Shown: positions 60,865-64,000 of the stretch, piece after piece
Numbering within the stretch: the first letter of the stretch is position 1
How the letters are laid out: each line of letters opens with the position of its first letter
Assembly: GCF_963676685.1 (NCBI RefSeq)
Contig: NC_092351.1
Span: forward strand, 36,890,001-36,954,000
Direction of reading: 5' to 3'
DNA: 64,000 bases
Origin: Mytilus edulis
Taxonomy: Eukaryota
Made by a program: the position numbers and the translations under genes
The notes under the pieces: model-generated
Told to the model about the DNA's origin: nothing
Database searches by the model: none
What the model saw: the letters and a program-made list of their open reading frames with translations, nothing else

Positions 60865-62152
60865 ACTGTCTACTATTAAAATTTGGCTTATTTGAATAAC
60901 CAGAACGATCTGATGACTCTGTTTTGTCCTTTACCACATAAGGTTTCTTAGAACCAGAGGCTTCTGAAGAAGACACAGTCTTTCTCTTACCCAAATAGGA
61001 TTTTTTAACACTAATGTCTGGTAGTAAGTCGTCCAGAGCTTTATTTTTCTCTTTACGAGTCTTGAGAAATTTTTCAAAGTCAGATCCAAACACACCATCT
61101 GCTGATAATGGTAAATCAGACAAGTCTCTAGCCTCATCAATTTCATATAAACCTGTATCAGTCATAGCTACTTGCCTTCGTACAATGTGATGAAAAGTAC
61201 CTGTACGCCCCACTTGATCTAAGCTTTTAGTGGACATGGCAAATACATCTCTAACCTGTTGTATTGCTTTATTCGAATCTACATTGTCTGACTGTAAAGT
61301 TTGCATAAGCGCACCCAAACCTTGTTGCATGTACATATGCATAACAATACCCATGTAGGCAGCTTGTTGACCTCTGTAAGCTATTTTTTCAATCATTTTA
61401 CTAGGTTGACTGAATAAACATTTACCACCTTTTGTAAGTGAAGCTTTCTTGCCATGTTTTTTAATCAAACATCTACTTATCAAATCATCAATAGTAGGAA
61501 CCAGTAAAAAATTTTCAGTATCTTCATGTACTGGAAAATCATCTTTACTTTCTTCAGCAAAAGCAGAGACTAAATTAGGATGTTCAGCTCTCCAACTATT
61601 TAACAAAACCTGCTTTTGTGCCTCGTCAATTTCAATGCCCATTTTCTTTTCAGACTTTTTTGTCAAGGCATCATCCCCAAAGAGATCAAGCAAACACTTT
61701 TTTGTCTCTACGGACAAGTGTTCTTCATCAGAGGACTTTGTGTCCCACTCATTGTCACTTTCACCTAATATTTCATCGTCCCTAGGTCTGATTGAAACAT
61801 TGTCATCAGAATTTTCATTTTCTGACAGTTCCCGGCGCAAACTTTGTGTATGCTCACGCTCACGACCTTCAGGTTGTCTTTGTGACAAACCTTTTGCCTC
61901 AGAATTTTTGTCGCCATTTTCGGCACAATTCTTGGCTTGAAACAATGTTATTAAAGTATCAAATTTTTCATTTACATTGTCCAACTTACTGTTCATTTTC
62001 TCTTCAAGAATGTCATATCTGCTTCTCCGCTTTTTCTTCGTCTTTGAACTTGAAGAACTGGTTTTTCTAATGCCAATGGCGGTTCCCGCGCCATTAACAC
62101 TGCTCTCATCTCGTGGTTCATCCACGTGCTCACTAGTACTGTCGCTATTCAT
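60746..62152 (-). CDS. DIRS ORF1 (gag-like)
   Basis: 468-aa ORF starting just inside the 5' ITR and overlapping ORF2; assigned by position. Confidence 0.8.
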   Translation of the reverse strand: MNSDSTSEHVDEPRDESSVNGAGTAIGIRKTSSSSSKTKKKRRSRYDILEEKMNSKLDNVNEKFDTLITLFQAKNCAENGDKNSEAKGLSQRQPEGREREHTQSLRRELSENENSDDNVSIRPRDDEILGESDNEWDTKSSDEEHLSVETKKCLLDLFGDDALTKKSEKKMGIEIDEAQKQVLLNSWRAEHPNLVSAFAEESKDDFPVHEDTENFLLVPTIDDLISRCLIKKHGKKASLTKGGKCLFSQPSKMIEKIAYRGQQAAYMGIVMHMYMQQGLGALMQTLQSDNVDSNKAIQQVRDVFAMSTKSLDQVGRTGTFHHIVRRQVAMTDTGLYEIDEARDLSDLPLSADGVFGSDFEKFLKTRKEKNKALDDLLPDISVKKSYLGKRKTVSSSEASGSKKPYVVKDKTESSDRSGYSNKPNFNSRQFEKKVGHSETKNEVPHFRIPKFKRGASNSRGGKTSGYSR

Positions 62153-62806
62153 TATAACTACAGTTTACCAAAGTTTTATACCACGCTGAAAAACACGACC
62201 GTCTTTCAAGCGCCGAGAAAGAAAACTGATCTCGTTTACCTGGACCGGAAGTCATAACAGTACACCTGAGTACTAGTTTTTAACTTCCGGTGGGGAGCGA
62301 GTTAAATACCAACGAGAGAAAGAAATCCTAACGGACATATGTCAGGTAGGTTTTTAATTTATGAAATTAAAACTAGCAACCTCATTATGAAATAATAAAG
62401 GAACAAAATTTGAAATACAGCAATAAAACAACAACCACTGAATAACATATTCCTAATGACTTTAGACAGATAAATACTGAAAATCTAGGGTTAAACATAT
62501 TTAATGGCACCATCTCTCCCTGGCTTATCTGTCTTTTTTTTTTTTGGGGGGGGGGAGGGATTTGTCATAAAAGCCCTTTATTTCTGATCAGAATATCTCA
62601 ATTTTTTTCATCAAAATATTAAATATGTTTAATATTAAATAAATGTACTAAAAATTTTATATGCATTTACAGCTCGTTGAACTGCATCTAAAAATAAGAA
62701 AAAAATAATTAAATAGCATTTATAGTACCAGCGATACATTCAAATAAAGATGAATGAAATAGATCTATAAATGTATAGAATGTATGCACAAGGTGCTGAC
62801 TATATA

Positions 62807-63875
62807 CAGTGAAACCTGGGTAAACCGAACCCTGATAAAACCGAATTTCAGTTTAAACTGAACAATTTTCAAAGTCCCAAAAAATTTCCCTATCAATTAA
62901 CGTTAATCTAACCTGAAAAAACCGAACCCTGTCAACACCGAATTCCGAACGCTTTTTGAAGGCTCGTTAGTAAATTTATATTTAAAAATTACCTGTCAAA
63001 ATCAATCAATACCAATCAAAACACTAAAATATTATTAATTATTTGCATGATTTAATTAAACAAACACAGGATGGCAGAGTATCCCCGAGGGTATTTGAGG
63101 TTTAATGAACTTGTGAGTTGTTATAACAAACTAATTAGCATGTTTGTGTCCATGTATAAAGTGATTTTTTTTTGGTAAAGAAACGTTAAACTGGTCAGGT
63201 ACCCCATCGCCGATAATGACAAGAAAGGAACTTTCCCTCAGATTAATTAAATGCACCTTACTCAAATAATTACGGCCACAAAATCGTAACTGCCATTCTG
63301 TAGCAAAACTGTTTAATCAAATAATAGTTTTAAAGCCTATCACTGGATTAAGAAGTCGTGCAACACAACAAGGTCAATGGATTTTGATAAAGTCCAAGAA
63401 TAAACTGGATCCCTGCTGTTGTTTCACTCCTATCGTGTGCCGAAGTATCAACCAGCGGGTGACCAGTTTAGTCCGAGAACTCGTGTGTACAATGACATTC
63501 CCGATTCAACTACGGAATCTTCATTTCACAGTGACTGTAAATCTGAATTGGTTAGTGAATGAACGGATGAGAAAATAATTATAAAAAGCAAAATCGCTCC
63601 ACGTCGGACATCTTATAACGAAGAGCGTGATGGACGGAGTGGCGTTTGATTTGTAAACAAAAATGTAGCAAAACGTCATCTTCTTATATTTTTACATTTA
63701 CATCTAAATCAACACAAAAATAAACTGTCGTCTGTTGTGTCACCTATTATCCCTTGTCAGTAAATGTCTAAATTATTTTGGTGTCGACTTCTGTTTACCT
63801 CTTCAATCCGAACACCTGTGAGAACCGACCAAAACGCAAAGTCCCATGGGTGTTCGGTTTAGACAGGTTTCACTG
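62807..63875. mobile_element. Tc1/mariner-pogo-like MITE
   Basis: TA|CAGTGAAACCTG..AAACCGAAC and GTTCGGTTTAGACAGGTTTCACTG|TA. Confidence 0.8.
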
Positions 63876-63945
63876 TAGTTATTACAGAAAGGTGAAATAC
63901 TTTAAAATCTTATTTATATCAAATTTTTGTTTTCAATATTCATAG

Positions 63946-64000
63946 ATGCTGGTAGCTGCCCTGAAGTTTTTCATAGGACATGATAATGAAAAACCTGATG
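63946..64000 (+). CDS. SDAD1: SDAD1 exon 7 (runs off the window)
   Basis: MLVAALKFFIGHDNEKPD. Confidence 0.9.
   Translation, partial: MLVAALKFFIGHDNEKPD

Larger units (their letters stand above)
57218..62372 (-). mobile_element. DIRS1-type tyrosine-recombinase retrotransposon, full length
   Basis: ITRs at 57266-57412 and 62201-62351, internal complementary region at about 57455-57565, and three overlapping ORFs. Confidence 0.95.

Noticed and set aside
58830-62189. + strand ORFs inside the DIRS element
   Set aside because: Antisense shadows of ORF1 and ORF2 with no motifs.

Overview
AT-rich, intron-rich eukaryotic DNA. The repeat landscape suggests a bivalve mollusc, possibly Mytilus (inference). 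Four spliced host genes are arranged as two head-to-head pairs: CHIC-family (-) with DHRSX (+), and ANAPC15 (-) with SDAD1 (+). The standout is a Penelope-like retroelement at about 483-4330 (-) that the ORF track splits into three pieces. Read by hand it is one frame (ATG 4128 to TAA 1120, 1002 codons) with an N-terminal GIY-YIG endonuclease followed by RT. The only interruptions are four in-frame TGA codons, each at a position where a Cys is expected, and a type II SECIS-like hairpin lies about 40 nt after the stop. This is a selenocysteine-recoded retrotransposon of the Naiad type; such elements have been reported before, so the class is not new. The window also holds an apparently intact DIRS1-type tyrosine-recombinase retrotransposon in an SDAD1 intron, a 6.7-kb 24-bp satellite flanked by decayed PLE-RT sequence, a multi-layer nest of DNA transposons and a Helitron in SDAD1 intron 1, and many Helentron-type (HINE) and MITE insertions.
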